Shown here in pieces: positions 39,368 through 49,758 of a DNA stretch of 64,000 nt. The first letter of the stretch is position 1, and each line of letters starts with the position of its first letter. The notes beneath the pieces were generated by a model. The model did no database searches. It saw nothing but the letters and a program-made list of their open reading frames with translations, and was not told where the DNA came from. The translations under genes were made by a program, and so were the position numbers. This DNA comes from Thiobacillaceae bacterium (GTDB taxonomy: Bacteria > Pseudomonadota > Gammaproteobacteria > Burkholderiales > Thiobacillaceae). Location: positions 16,829-80,828 of the forward strand of contig JBEBIZ010000006.1 of the NCBI GenBank assembly GCA_040080135.1, written 5' to 3'.

Positions 39368-39752
39368 TTCACAGTGGATTGTCGATGATTTTTCGGCAGC
39401 GCTCGCGCAACTGCGTAATGCCCTGGCCGTCCCAGCTGAGCTCGATTTGATCAAGGCGGGCTGCATTCAGTATTTTGAGTTCAGCTTTGAACTCGGCTGG
39501 AAGGCCTGCAAGGTGGTGTCTGCCGAGCAGGGCTTGCCCGATTGCCTGTCGCCCAAAGCCTGCTTGCGCCAGGCGTTTACCTCTGGCTGGATTGAAGATG
39601 AGGCGATATGGCTGGATATGCTCGATGCACGCAATCGTATGTCACATACTTATGATGCACGCAAGGCTTTGGAAATTTACACATCCTTGTCGCAATTTCA
39701 TGAGGCCTTGCAAAAGTTATTGGCCACCCTGCAATCCGTGATTCAAAGTTGA
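39360..39752 (+). CDS. HEPN-domain (HI0074-like) putative RNase toxin
   Basis: [13 protein letters not shown] and RNRMSHTY, which fits R-X4-H-X-Y. Confidence 0.85.
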   Translation: MADSQWIVDDFSAALAQLRNALAVPAELDLIKAGCIQYFEFSFELGWKACKVVSAEQGLPDCLSPKACLRQAFTSGWIEDEAIWLDMLDARNRMSHTYDARKALEIYTSLSQFHEALQKLLATLQSVIQS

Positions 39753-39753
39753 C

Positions 39754-40734
39754 ATGCATAATCAAGCCAAAATCTACATCGCAGGCCATCGTGGCCTGGT
39801 CGGCACCGCCCTCATGCGCAATCTGCGCGATAAGGGTTTTGCCAACTTCGTCACCCGCACGCATGCCGAGCTCGACCTCACCAGCCAAGCCGCCGTCGAA
39901 GCCTTCTTTGCGGCAGAAAAGCCCGATTACGTTTTCCTGGCAGCAGCCAGGGTCGGCGGCATCCATGCCAACAATACCTATCCCGCCGAATTCATACGCG
40001 ACAATCTTGCGATCCAGACCAACATCATTCACGCCGCGTACAAGAACAACGTCAAGCGCCTGCTGTTTCTGGGTTCCAGTTGCATCTACCCCAAACTGTC
40101 GCCGCAGCCGATGAAGGAAGAACACCTGCTGACCAGCGAACTGGAACCGACCAACCGACCCTATGCGCTAGCCAAGATCGCTGGTATCGAAATGTGCTGG
40201 AGTTACAACCGGCAATACGGCACGCAGTATCTGGCTGTTATGCCGACGAATTTGTATGGCCCAGGGGATAACTATCATCCGGAAAATTCGCACGTTATTC
40301 CTGCGATGATCCGTCGTTTTCACGATGCAAAAATCAACGGCGCGCCCAGTGTCGCCATCTGGGGCACAGGTACACCAAAACGCGAGTTCATGTACAGCGA
40401 AGACATGGCCGACGCCTGCGTTTATTTGATGAATTTGCCAGACGAGAAATTTATCCCGCTACTGGGGCAAGACCGTAATGATGGTCTGCCACCGCTGATG
40501 AATATTGGCGTGGGCCATGACCTCACCATTCGAGAGTTGGCTGAAACTGTGAAAGACGTGGTGGGTTATCAAGGCGATATTGAATTCGATGTCAGTAAAC
40601 TCGACGGCACACCGAGAAAATTAATGGATGTCAGCCGTCTGAGCGCTCAAGGCTGGCAAGCCCGCACCGAACTGTCCGAAGGCATCCGTCTGGCCTATGC
40701 GTCAGCGCCATTCAACAGCCAAGAGCATGCCTGA
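39754..40734 (+). CDS. fcl: GDP-L-fucose synthase
   Basis: GHRGLVG, AARVGGI.AN, GSSCIYP, YA.AK and WGTG.P.REF. Confidence 0.96.
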   Translation: MHNQAKIYIAGHRGLVGTALMRNLRDKGFANFVTRTHAELDLTSQAAVEAFFAAEKPDYVFLAAARVGGIHANNTYPAEFIRDNLAIQTNIIHAAYKNNVKRLLFLGSSCIYPKLSPQPMKEEHLLTSELEPTNRPYALAKIAGIEMCWSYNRQYGTQYLAVMPTNLYGPGDNYHPENSHVIPAMIRRFHDAKINGAPSVAIWGTGTPKREFMYSEDMADACVYLMNLPDEKFIPLLGQDRNDGLPPLMNIGVGHDLTIRELAETVKDVVGYQGDIEFDVSKLDGTPRKLMDVSRLSAQGWQARTELSEGIRLAYASAPFNSQEHA

Positions 40735-40812
40735 TAAGGTTTCAGCCAATATCCTTCACGATGCCGTGCTCGCGCATCTTGGCTCGCGAACACCGCCCGT
40801 GGCGGTTTCCCA

Positions 40813-41871
40813 ATGAATACCGCCTCCCCCAGTTCGCCAGCGCACGGCGCGCGCTCCATCCTGTATTTCGGCCCTGTGAGCGGCACCTGCCTGGACAGGG
40901 CCAACGCGCTGCGGCGTCTTGGCCATCGGGTAGAGCACATGGATTTGCGGCACCTGCTGCCTAACACCCCATGGGTCGACCGCATCACCTGGCGCCTGGG
41001 TGGCAACCTGTTGAGTCCGTGGCTCATGGGTGGCTTATCCAGCAAGCTTGCGGGTTATCAATTTGATGTTTGCTACGTGGATGGCGGTGAGTGGGTGACG
41101 CCTCGGGTTATTTCATTGCTGCGTCGGCATGCTGCAAAGGTCATCAACTACAGCATCGACGACCCCCTTGGGCCCCGTGATGGCGCACGATTCAAGGCCT
41201 TTCGGCAAAGCCTGACTCATTACGATCTGATCGCCGTCGTGCGGCAGGAAAACGTCGCAGAGGCACACGCGCTGGGTGCAAAGAATGTGATCCGCGTTTA
41301 CCGAAGTGCCGACGAGATTTCCCATGCGCCCAGACCACTTTCTGTCGAAGATCACCAGGCATGGGATTGCGACGTGCTGTTTCTGGGGACCTGGTTTCCG
41401 GAGCGCGGCCCCTTCATGCTCGATTTGATTCGGCGCGGCGTGCCGCTCACCCTCCGTGGTTCCCAGTGGCACAAAGCGCCGGAATGGCCCCAACTAAAAA
41501 ACCACTGGAAAGGCGGCTCCATTGGGGGCGACGACTACGCCAAAGCCATCCAGTGTGCCAAGGTCAATCTGGGATTGCTGTCAAAAGAAAACCGTGACCT
41601 CCACACCACGCGCTCGCTTGAAATTCCGGCCTTGGCCAGCCTGATGTGTGCCGAGCGCACCGCCGAGCACCTGGCAATGTATGCCGAAGGGCAGGAAGCA
41701 TTGTTCTGGAAAGACGCCGAAGAATGCGCAGCCATGTGCCGCTTCGCGCTTGCGGATGACCACCGTCGTCAGGCCATTGCCGATGCCGGTCACCAGCGTG
41801 TCAAAAAGAACGGCCACTACAACGAAATGATAGTTGCATCCATACTTGCTGCTGCGGGTCTGCCCGCATGA
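40813..41871 (+). CDS. Glycosyltransferase (CgeB/Glyco_trans_1_2-like)
   Basis: DVLFLGTW..ER, AK.NLG.L, RSLEIPA....M.AE and EALF. Confidence 0.75.
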   Translation: MNTASPSSPAHGARSILYFGPVSGTCLDRANALRRLGHRVEHMDLRHLLPNTPWVDRITWRLGGNLLSPWLMGGLSSKLAGYQFDVCYVDGGEWVTPRVISLLRRHAAKVINYSIDDPLGPRDGARFKAFRQSLTHYDLIAVVRQENVAEAHALGAKNVIRVYRSADEISHAPRPLSVEDHQAWDCDVLFLGTWFPERGPFMLDLIRRGVPLTLRGSQWHKAPEWPQLKNHWKGGSIGGDDYAKAIQCAKVNLGLLSKENRDLHTTRSLEIPALASLMCAERTAEHLAMYAEGQEALFWKDAEECAAMCRFALADDHRRQAIADAGHQRVKKNGHYNEMIVASILAAAGLPA

Positions 41872-43157
41872 TACGCAGGGTCGTTGCCGGTATGGGCGCA
41901 AATTCGTTTGGCATGGCCATCACCATTGGCATCCAGCTTGCGTCGCTGCCACTGTTTTTGCACTTTATGGATACCGCAAACTATGGCACCTGGCTGATAC
42001 TTTCGGCCATACCGGCGTATCTCTCGATGGCCGATGTGGGTATGGTCACCGCCGCTGGCAACAAGATGACCATGGCCATGGGAAAAGACGACTCGCTGGA
42101 AGCCAATCGGGTCTTCCAGAGTGCCCAGATGTTCATGGGCATCGTCTGCGGTGCGCTCGCTCTGATGGTGGTGCCCCTGATGCTGTTGGCTCCTCTGCCC
42201 GGCGTGACCACCCTGGATCAGCGCGTGGCGCTAGCCGCTCTGTCCATCGGTGTGCTGGTGTCGCTTTTTGGTGGTTTGTCCGAAGCGGCGTTCAAGTCCA
42301 CGCAGCGTTACGCCACTGGCACGGTGGCCGGCAACTTGGTGCGCGTAGGAGAGTGGCTGGGATTCATGGCCGGGCTGGCCACAGTGGGCAGTTTTGCTGC
42401 GGTGGCGGTGACCGGGCTGGCCGTTCGTCTGGCGGGAACCGTGGTCAGCATGGTGTTGGCAACGCGCGGCAAGCATGGTCTGAGCTGGGGAACACATGCG
42501 GCAGATAGGGCTGAAATCCGTTCCATGTTCAAGCCAGCCGTATCGTTCATGGCTTTTCCTCTGGCCAATGCCTTGAGCTTTCAGGGTGTAACACTGTTGG
42601 TGGGCGCGCTGTTCGGGCCGATTGCGGTTGCGCTGTTCAATACCTATCGCACCATTGCTCGGGTGGCCGTGCAAGTAACAGCAATTTTCAGTTTCTCGCT
42701 GTGGCCCGAGTTTTCCCGGTTGTTCGGACAGGGCGCAATGGCTACCGTGAACCGCCTGTTTCTCCGCAGTGCATTGCTGAGCGCAGCGCAGTCACTTTTG
42801 CTTAGCCTGATCCTGTATTTTCTGTCGCCCTGGTTGTTGCGTATCTGGACGCACGGGGCCATTGAATTCATTCCCTCACTGATGGTGCTGATGTTGTTAT
42901 ACGCTGCGGTGGGCGGCATCTGGCACATTCCCCGTGTTCTGCTGATGGCGACCAATCGACACGTTGGCCTGGCTTACTGGTCCATCCTTGCGGGCATGTT
43001 TTCTGTCGGGTTAGCATGGCTGATGGGCAGAGAATTACAATTGAACGGCGTTGGTGCCGCCATGCTGATGAGCGAGCTATTCATCGCCATCGTCTGCTCC
43101 TTGCTGGCTTACAGCGCCATCACCGACAACAACAAAACAAGGGCCGTCGCTCAATGA
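41868..43157 (+). CDS. wzx: Wzx-type polysaccharide flippase
   Basis: About 12 TM segments; YG.W..L.....Y....D.G motif near the N-terminus. Confidence 0.75.
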   Translation: MIRRVVAGMGANSFGMAITIGIQLASLPLFLHFMDTANYGTWLILSAIPAYLSMADVGMVTAAGNKMTMAMGKDDSLEANRVFQSAQMFMGIVCGALALMVVPLMLLAPLPGVTTLDQRVALAALSIGVLVSLFGGLSEAAFKSTQRYATGTVAGNLVRVGEWLGFMAGLATVGSFAAVAVTGLAVRLAGTVVSMVLATRGKHGLSWGTHAADRAEIRSMFKPAVSFMAFPLANALSFQGVTLLVGALFGPIAVALFNTYRTIARVAVQVTAIFSFSLWPEFSRLFGQGAMATVNRLFLRSALLSAAQSLLLSLILYFLSPWLLRIWTHGAIEFIPSLMVLMLLYAAVGGIWHIPRVLLMATNRHVGLAYWSILAGMFSVGLAWLMGRELQLNGVGAAMLMSELFIAIVCSLLAYSAITDNNKTRAVAQ

Positions 43158-43285
43158 AAGTTGTCCTCTCCACCGTGGGGAAATTCCATACCTTTGATCT
43201 GGCGCGCGAGCTGCGCGCACGTGGTGTCTTGAGCGATTACGGCCAAAAGACCATGGCAATGTACGACGACATGTTGAAGCCATGA
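43154..43285 (+). pseudogene. Internally deleted glycosyltransferase remnant (43 aa)
   Basis: A GT4-like N-terminus MKVVLSTVGKFHTFDLARELRARG is joined in frame to a GT-like C-terminus SDYGQKTMAMYDDMLKP. ATGA overlaps at both ends. Confidence 0.6.
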
Positions 43286-44838
43286 GTAACGCACGCTTCA
43301 TAGTCATACTCTTGCTGGTGTCGACATTCATTGCGTTTGCAGCGCAGTTCGTCATTGATTTTTCCGCCGAAAACATTGCTGCAGCCTGCATCGTGCTGGC
43401 TTCGTCCCTGGCGATTCTGCTGTACATCCATTGGACCGACGCCATCCAGACACACCCCCTGTCCACTTTCGCCATTTTTGGGTTTTGCATGTCAACCCAA
43501 CTGGGTGCCCTGCTGGTGCAGTCGGCGACATGGACCGCTCTGAGTCTGAATTTGCGGCTACCTATCGAGACCTTTGCCACCCTGGCCGGGTTCCAGGCTA
43601 TTGCGCTGGTCGCACATGGCGCGTATCGGCTCTTTTCTAATGCAGCCTCACCCAAAAAATTGTCGTTGGTGCGCACCGTGCTAGAAAAACTGGGACTGTA
43701 CGCCATCCCCACCGTGGGCACGCTGTGGATCATGGGCGTCATCGGTCTGTTTAGCTTACTGGTGGGCGGGGGCGAAGGAGCCGTCAGGAAGATGTTCCAG
43801 GGCATGTCCTTTGTGGCTTGGGCGCCTTTTTTAATACCGATGTATCTGCTTCAACAAGGCAGCAGCTACTGCAACGCCAAGAAAAACTATGTCTTTCTGC
43901 TGATCTATATGAGCTTGATTGTCTTGCTGGGCATGGCCGTCAATGCCCGTGGCATGATGCTCGCGGGTGCGATGACCATTGCGATATTTGCCTTGCTCAG
44001 CGTCATGCGCAGCACCCGGCCGGTGAAGGCTTCGCAGCTTGCAAAAATAGGTGTGCTGCTTGTTGTGATGGGTGCCATAGCCATACCCGTTACTGACCTG
44101 GTGACAGCCATGGTAATTGCCCGAAAGGCTCGCGGCTATGTTTCACCTGTCAAGATGGTTAACCTGACCCTTTACTACTTTCAGCGGCCGCAACTACTGC
44201 AAGCCCAGCGCGAGAAAGACCAGTTCATCAGCGTCCGTAGCAACTACGACGAGACCTACTTTGCCAGCCCGCTGATGGGGCGGCTGGTTGAGACCAAGTT
44301 TCATGACAACGCGCTCTATTTTGGTTCTCGAGTGGGCCCCAAAGGCGAAGAAAAAATGCGCGACATCACGGGTGATTTTTTCTGGGCCGCGTTGCCCGAC
44401 CCTGCTCTTAAATCACTGGCGATTGATGTTGACAAGAAGGATTTAAAATTCTCGATGGGCGACTACATCAGCCATCTGGGTGGGGGAGGGGAGCTGGGTG
44501 GATTCAAGACGGGCTCTGGTTTTGCACATGGCATCATCCTGTTCGGATACTTTTTTCCGCTGATCTATTTGCTCATTTGCCCCATTCTTTTCCTGGCCCA
44601 TGACCTTTTGTCCTACCGTTCGGCAAATGGAAGGGTTTTTCTCTCCACCCTGGGCATGCTGGGTATCTGGAAGCTGTTTCAGTACGGCATATCGGCTGAG
44701 TCACTCCAAGCCATGTTCATGGGCGTGGTGCGCGGCCTGCCGCAAAACATCATGTTGTATCTGGTTATTTTTCATATGGCTCGTTTGGGCGCGCGCATGC
44801 TGGGCAGCCTTGCGGGGTTGTCGCGGCCTTCAGCCTGA
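43282..44838 (+). CDS. Polytopic membrane protein, probable Wzy polymerase
   Basis: About 11-12 TM segments with a large periplasmic loop, located among GT genes after wzx. Confidence 0.6.
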   Translation: MSNARFIVILLLVSTFIAFAAQFVIDFSAENIAAACIVLASSLAILLYIHWTDAIQTHPLSTFAIFGFCMSTQLGALLVQSATWTALSLNLRLPIETFATLAGFQAIALVAHGAYRLFSNAASPKKLSLVRTVLEKLGLYAIPTVGTLWIMGVIGLFSLLVGGGEGAVRKMFQGMSFVAWAPFLIPMYLLQQGSSYCNAKKNYVFLLIYMSLIVLLGMAVNARGMMLAGAMTIAIFALLSVMRSTRPVKASQLAKIGVLLVVMGAIAIPVTDLVTAMVIARKARGYVSPVKMVNLTLYYFQRPQLLQAQREKDQFISVRSNYDETYFASPLMGRLVETKFHDNALYFGSRVGPKGEEKMRDITGDFFWAALPDPALKSLAIDVDKKDLKFSMGDYISHLGGGGELGGFKTGSGFAHGIILFGYFFPLIYLLICPILFLAHDLLSYRSANGRVFLSTLGMLGIWKLFQYGISAESLQAMFMGVVRGLPQNIMLYLVIFHMARLGARMLGSLAGLSRPSA

Positions 44839-44853
44839 CTGGCCGGGTAGTCC

Positions 44854-46038
44854 ATGAACATCGTTCTTTTTACGCATCCCGCATTCATGGCTTCGCAAAG
44901 CATGCCGCGGTTTGCAAGCATGCTCCAGGGGGCCTATCTTGCACGTGGCCACCAAGTGCAAATGTGGTCGCCGCAGGCCCGCGTTTACAACTGGGTGTCA
45001 AAAGGTTCCTTGCGCAAGTGGGCGGGTTATATCGACCAATACATTCTGTTCCCGCTGTGGGTGCGCAAGCAACTCCAGCGGCAGGTTGCCGATACGCTGT
45101 ATGTGTTCTGCGACCAGGCCATGGGCCCGTGGGTGCCACTGGTGAAAGACCGGCCGCATGTGGTGCACGTGCATGACCTGCTGGCCCTGCGTTCGGCGCT
45201 GGGTGATATACCTGAAAATTCCACCTCACCCTTGGGCCGGATCTACCAGCGCTACATACGCCAGGGGTTTAAGCAGGCGCTGCATTTCATCTCCATCTCC
45301 AAAAAAACACGCGAGGACCTGCACCATTTCGGTCAGGTATTGCTGCCCGTGACCTCCGAGGTGGTTTACAACGGCCTGAACTATCCGTACACACCGATGC
45401 CCGCCGAAGAGGCTGCACGCGCCCTGCAGCAGGCCAACTTGCCCGCGCCAACGCTCGGCATGCTGCTGCATGTCAGTGGCAACCACTGGTACAAAAATGT
45501 GCCGGGTGTCGTGCGTCTTTATGCCCACTATGCCCGCAACCAGCAGAACCCGCTTCCCTTGTGGCTGATCGGCGATATCCGGGGAAGCAAGGTTCAGGCG
45601 GCCCTGGCCGAGGTGCCGCCCCAGGGCAAGGTGCTGTTTTTTCAGAACCTGGATAACCGGACCTTACAGGCTGCCTATTCGCTTTCACGGGCGTTGTTGT
45701 TCCCCAGCCTGGCCGAGGGATTTGGCTGGCCCATCATCGAAGCACAAGCCTGCGGGTGCCCAGTCATTACCACGGACGAAGCGCCCATGAATGAAGTGGG
45801 TGGCCCGACCAGCCGTTACCTGCCGCGGCTTGCATCCAGCGACGACCCGCAGGCATGGGCCGCTCACGGCGCGACCGTGTTGAACGCCTTGCTCACCATG
45901 GATGCCGCCGAGCGCCAGATTCTGCGGGGGCAGTGTTGTGAGTGGGCCAGTCAATTTAATCAGGATGCCGCCATTGAGGGCTATCTGTGTTTGTATCGCC
46001 AGATCGTTGGGCGCGATGCCGCTCCGCCGACGCCTTGA
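44854..46038 (+). CDS. GT4 family glycosyltransferase
   Basis: SMPRFA, KNVPG and FPSLAEGFGWPIIEAQACGCPV. Confidence 0.85.
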   Translation: MNIVLFTHPAFMASQSMPRFASMLQGAYLARGHQVQMWSPQARVYNWVSKGSLRKWAGYIDQYILFPLWVRKQLQRQVADTLYVFCDQAMGPWVPLVKDRPHVVHVHDLLALRSALGDIPENSTSPLGRIYQRYIRQGFKQALHFISISKKTREDLHHFGQVLLPVTSEVVYNGLNYPYTPMPAEEAARALQQANLPAPTLGMLLHVSGNHWYKNVPGVVRLYAHYARNQQNPLPLWLIGDIRGSKVQAALAEVPPQGKVLFFQNLDNRTLQAAYSLSRALLFPSLAEGFGWPIIEAQACGCPVITTDEAPMNEVGGPTSRYLPRLASSDDPQAWAAHGATVLNALLTMDAAERQILRGQCCEWASQFNQDAAIEGYLCLYRQIVGRDAAPPTP

Positions 46039-46076
46039 TTCTTAAACCATAACCACTAGAACATCAGGAATTCATC

Positions 46077-47864
46077 ATGTGCGGCATCTCCGGTATTTTT
46101 GCGTACCACGATCTGGCTCCCCCTGTTGACGAGGGTGAACTGTTGCGCGTTCGCGACCGCATGGTTGCGCGCGGCCCCGACGCGGCAGGGCTTTGGATAT
46201 CTGATGACCGCCGGGTGGGCTTGGCTCACCGACGCCTGGCCATTATTGACCTCAGCCCCGGCGGTGTGCAGCCCATGCATGATCCGGAAACCCATAACTG
46301 GATTGTTTTCAACGGCGAGATTTACAACCACCAGGCGCTCCGGGCGCAACTCAACCGGGCCGGTGTCGTCACAAGGTCGCAGTCAGACACCGAGGTTTTG
46401 CTCAAGCTGTATGCCCTACACGGGTCGGCCATGCTGACCATGCTGCGCGGCATGTTTGCGTTTGCCATTTGGGACGCGCAGAAACGGCACCTGTTTATCG
46501 CACGGGATGCCTACGGCATCAAGCCCTTGTATATCGCTGATGATGGCAGAACACTGCGGTTTGCCTCGCAGGTCAAGGCCTTGCTTGCGGGTCAGGTCGA
46601 TACCCGCCCCGAGCCGGCTGGCCACGTCGGCTTTCTGCTCTGGGGCTCTGTGCCTGAGCCCTTTACCCTTTACAAGGGAATACGTTCCATGCCACCGGGC
46701 CACTGGTTAACGGTGGCCCATGGACGCACCAGCGAACCCGTGTGCTTTGACAGCCCCGCACTGCGACTGGCACAGATTCCATCCGTGGGGGCGGAGGGAG
46801 AGCAAGCGGCGTTGCACCAAATCGCCGGAGCCGTGCGCGACAGTGTCGCAGCCCACATGGTGGCTGACGTACCCGTGGGGGTGTTTTTATCGGCTGGTCT
46901 CGACTCCACCATGCTGGCGGCCTGTGCCGCCAAACTGGGGAATTTGCGCACGCTGACACTGGGCTTTTCCGAATACGCCAACTCGGTGCAGGATGAGGCA
47001 GCGCTGGCTGGCACCGTGGCAGACAGCCTGAACGCCAGCCACACCTTGCATCGGATATCAGCGGCGGATTTCGCCAACGACCGTGAACACCTGTTGGCTG
47101 CCATGGACCAGCCATCCATTGATGGTATCAACACCTGGTTTGTGGCCAAGGCGGCTGCGCAGCAGGGCTTGAAAGTAGCGCTGTCCGGCATCGGTGGCGA
47201 CGAATTGTTTGGCTCTTACCCCAGCTTTACCCAGCTACCCAGGTTGCTCAAGACACTGCGTGGCTTTACGGCCTCGCCGCTGATAGGGCGCGCGGTTCGT
47301 AAAGGTCTTTCCGTCGTGTCGGGTGCACTGCCCTCGCCCAAATTCGCCGGGTTGCTGGAATACGGTGGCACGCTGGGTGGCGCCTATTTGCTTCGCCGTG
47401 GGCTGTTCATGCCGTGGGAAATCGCGGCATTGCTTGGCCGGGACATGGCAGCTCAAGGGTTGACAGACTTGAATACACTGGAGGCCCTGGCCGCCTGCAA
47501 GCGCGGTATCGGCAGCGAGCGGCTGGCCATCTCGGCGCTGGAAACACAGTGGTACATGAAAAACCAATTACTGCGCGCTGCCGATTGGGCGGGCATGGCC
47601 CATTCGCTGGAAATTCGTGTGCCGTTTGTGGACATGACACTGCTGGGGAATTTTGTGGAAATAACTTCGCTCAAGCCGATACTAGAAAAAGCCATGATCG
47701 CCCGTAGCGTGTCCCCAGAGTTGCCAGAAGCCATCCTGAACAGGCCAAAAACCGGCTTTGCGGTACCCATTTACCAATGGCTGAACCCTAGTGCGCCCAG
47801 CAATATAAATAACCACCGCGTGTGGGCCCAAATGTTGTACCGCAACTTCACACAGTCTGCGTAG
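46077..47864 (+). CDS. asnB: Asparagine synthase-like class II amidotransferase (probable polysaccharide amidation)
   Basis: N-terminal MCGI, HRRLAIID, FNGEIYN, RD..G.KPLY, LSAG.DS and SG.GGDELF. Function inferred from EPS context. Confidence 0.85.
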   Translation: MCGISGIFAYHDLAPPVDEGELLRVRDRMVARGPDAAGLWISDDRRVGLAHRRLAIIDLSPGGVQPMHDPETHNWIVFNGEIYNHQALRAQLNRAGVVTRSQSDTEVLLKLYALHGSAMLTMLRGMFAFAIWDAQKRHLFIARDAYGIKPLYIADDGRTLRFASQVKALLAGQVDTRPEPAGHVGFLLWGSVPEPFTLYKGIRSMPPGHWLTVAHGRTSEPVCFDSPALRLAQIPSVGAEGEQAALHQIAGAVRDSVAAHMVADVPVGVFLSAGLDSTMLAACAAKLGNLRTLTLGFSEYANSVQDEAALAGTVADSLNASHTLHRISAADFANDREHLLAAMDQPSIDGINTWFVAKAAAQQGLKVALSGIGGDELFGSYPSFTQLPRLLKTLRGFTASPLIGRAVRKGLSVVSGALPSPKFAGLLEYGGTLGGAYLLRRGLFMPWEIAALLGRDMAAQGLTDLNTLEALAACKRGIGSERLAISALETQWYMKNQLLRAADWAGMAHSLEIRVPFVDMTLLGNFVEITSLKPILEKAMIARSVSPELPEAILNRPKTGFAVPIYQWLNPSAPSNINNHRVWAQMLYRNFTQSA

Positions 47865-48034
47865 GCCTAGTGTCGTGAAACAGAAATATCGAAACATGAA
47901 ACGGCGTCTTTTTCCGCATGGCGGCGTTGCTCGTCGTTGCCATAGAGCCAGCTATGTCGCCTCCTCACGCCTTGCCCTGCGAAAAAATCCATCCGTTTCA
48001 TTTTGTTGCACTATTTCTGTTTCACGACACTAGC

Positions 48035-49189
48035 ATGCGAATACTGCACATCATATCCAGCGTAAACCCCCACGGGGGGGGGCCCATGGAAGGCGTGCGC
48101 CAGCGCGGCCTCAAGCTTGTGGAGATGGGCCACAGCGTGGAAGTGGTGTCGATGGACGATGCCCAGGCGCAGTATGTGGCGGAGTATGCGTTGCCAGTGC
48201 ATGCTTTGGGGCCATCAAAAGGCGCATACCAACACAACCCGCATCTGGTGCCATGGCTGCAGGCCAACGCCCGCTCGTTTGACGTCATCGTGATCAACGG
48301 GCTGTGGCAGTACCACAGCTATGGCGCCTGGCGTGCATTGCAGCGCATGGGAGTTCCGTATTTTGTATTCACCCACGGCATGATGGACCCCTGGTTCAAG
48401 CGCACCTACCCGCTTAAGCACCTGAAAAAATGGCTGTACTGGCCCTGGGCCGAATACCGCGTCTTGCGCGATGCCCAGGCCGTGTTGTTTACCAGTGAAG
48501 ACGAGCGCCTGCTGGCGCGCCAATCGTTTTGGCTCTACAGCGCCCGGGAGGCCGTGGTGAGCTACGGCACCAAGACCCCGCCCAGCGACGCTGACGCATT
48601 GCGGGAAAGGTTTTACACCGCCTACCCGCACCTGCGGGGCAAGCGGGTGCTGCTGTTTTTAAGCCGCATTCAGGAAAAAAAGGGCTGCGACTTGCTGATA
48701 GCCGCTTTTGCCAAAGTGGCCGGACAAGACCCCAGGCTGCACCTGCTGATGGCCGGGCCTGACCAGACCGGATGGGTGGCTAAACTGAAGGCGCAAGCGC
48801 AGGCCCTGGGCGTGGCCGACCGCATCACCTGGCCCGGCATGCTGCAAGACGACATGAAATGGGGTGCCTTTTACGTGAGCGAAGCCTTTGTGCTGCCATC
48901 CCACCAGGAGAACTTTGGGATTGTGGTGGCCGAGGCGCTGGGCTGCGGGCTGCCCGTGTTGATATCCGACAAAGTGAATATCTGGCGCGAGATTGAGGCG
49001 GACGGAGCGGGGATAGTGAACACCGATACGGTGGAAGGCACGGTAAAAACCTTGCAACGCTGGCTGGCTCTGGACGCGTCGGCGCGCCAAATAATGGCGC
49101 AGCAAGCCAGATTGACCTTTGCGCAGCGTTTTACTGTTGAGGCGATGGCGCAGAGTCTGCTTGAAATAATCAGGAAACATACGCCATGA
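48035..49189 (+). CDS. GT4 family glycosyltransferase containing an in-frame G9 tract
   Basis: MRILHII, THGMMDPW, LSRIQEKKG and PSHQENFG.VVAEAL. Confidence 0.88.
   Translation: MRILHIISSVNPHGGGPMEGVRQRGLKLVEMGHSVEVVSMDDAQAQYVAEYALPVHALGPSKGAYQHNPHLVPWLQANARSFDVIVINGLWQYHSYGAWRALQRMGVPYFVFTHGMMDPWFKRTYPLKHLKKWLYWPWAEYRVLRDAQAVLFTSEDERLLARQSFWLYSAREAVVSYGTKTPPSDADALRERFYTAYPHLRGKRVLLFLSRIQEKKGCDLLIAAFAKVAGQDPRLHLLMAGPDQTGWVAKLKAQAQALGVADRITWPGMLQDDMKWGAFYVSEAFVLPSHQENFGIVVAEALGCGLPVLISDKVNIWREIEADGAGIVNTDTVEGTVKTLQRWLALDASARQIMAQQARLTFAQRFTVEAMAQSLLEIIRKHTP
48074..48082 (+). repeat. G9 homopolymer (in frame)
   Basis: CAC GGG GGG GGG CCC at codons 14-16 of the GT4 gene. Confidence 0.9.
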
Positions 49190-49758
49190 TTATTCAAGGC
49201 AATGACCCGTACACCCAGCCATCGTTCTCGCTGGGTAATCGCATGGCTCGAGCGCTGTGGGGCGTGACATGGCTGCTGCTATTCCGGCCCAGTCCACCAC
49301 CCTTTCACGCTTGGCGCAGGCTCTTGCTGCGTGTCTTTGGCGCACGGCTTGGCGAACAGGTCCACGTCTATCCGAATGTCAAGATTTGGGCACCGTGGTT
49401 ACTGACGATTGGCGATTTTGTGGGTATAGCCAATGGCGTCAATCTTTACAACATGTCCCGTATCACCATTGGCGACTATGCGGTCATCTCGCAAGGAGCC
49501 TATTTGTGCGGCGGTAGCCATGACTACAACACATCCAATTTTCAATTGATCGCAAAGCCAATCACTGTTGGCCAGTATGCATGGGTGTGCGCTGATGTAT
49601 TTATTGGGCTGGGTGTGACGGTGCCAGAGGGTGCCGTAGTGGGTGCACGTTCAGTCGTAACCAAAAGTCTAGTGCAGTCTTGGGTTGTGTATGCGGGTAA
49701 CCCATGTCGCCAAGTTGGCGTACGGAAGCAAAATATAAAGGGAATGGGATATGTCTAA
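49186..49758 (+). CDS. wcaF: WcaF-like hexapeptide-repeat acetyltransferase
   Basis: LLRVFGA..G, IWAPW.L.IG, LC.GSHD and GNP. Confidence 0.85.
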   Translation: MIIQGNDPYTQPSFSLGNRMARALWGVTWLLLFRPSPPPFHAWRRLLLRVFGARLGEQVHVYPNVKIWAPWLLTIGDFVGIANGVNLYNMSRITIGDYAVISQGAYLCGGSHDYNTSNFQLIAKPITVGQYAWVCADVFIGLGVTVPEGAVVGARSVVTKSLVQSWVVYAGNPCRQVGVRKQNIKGMGYV

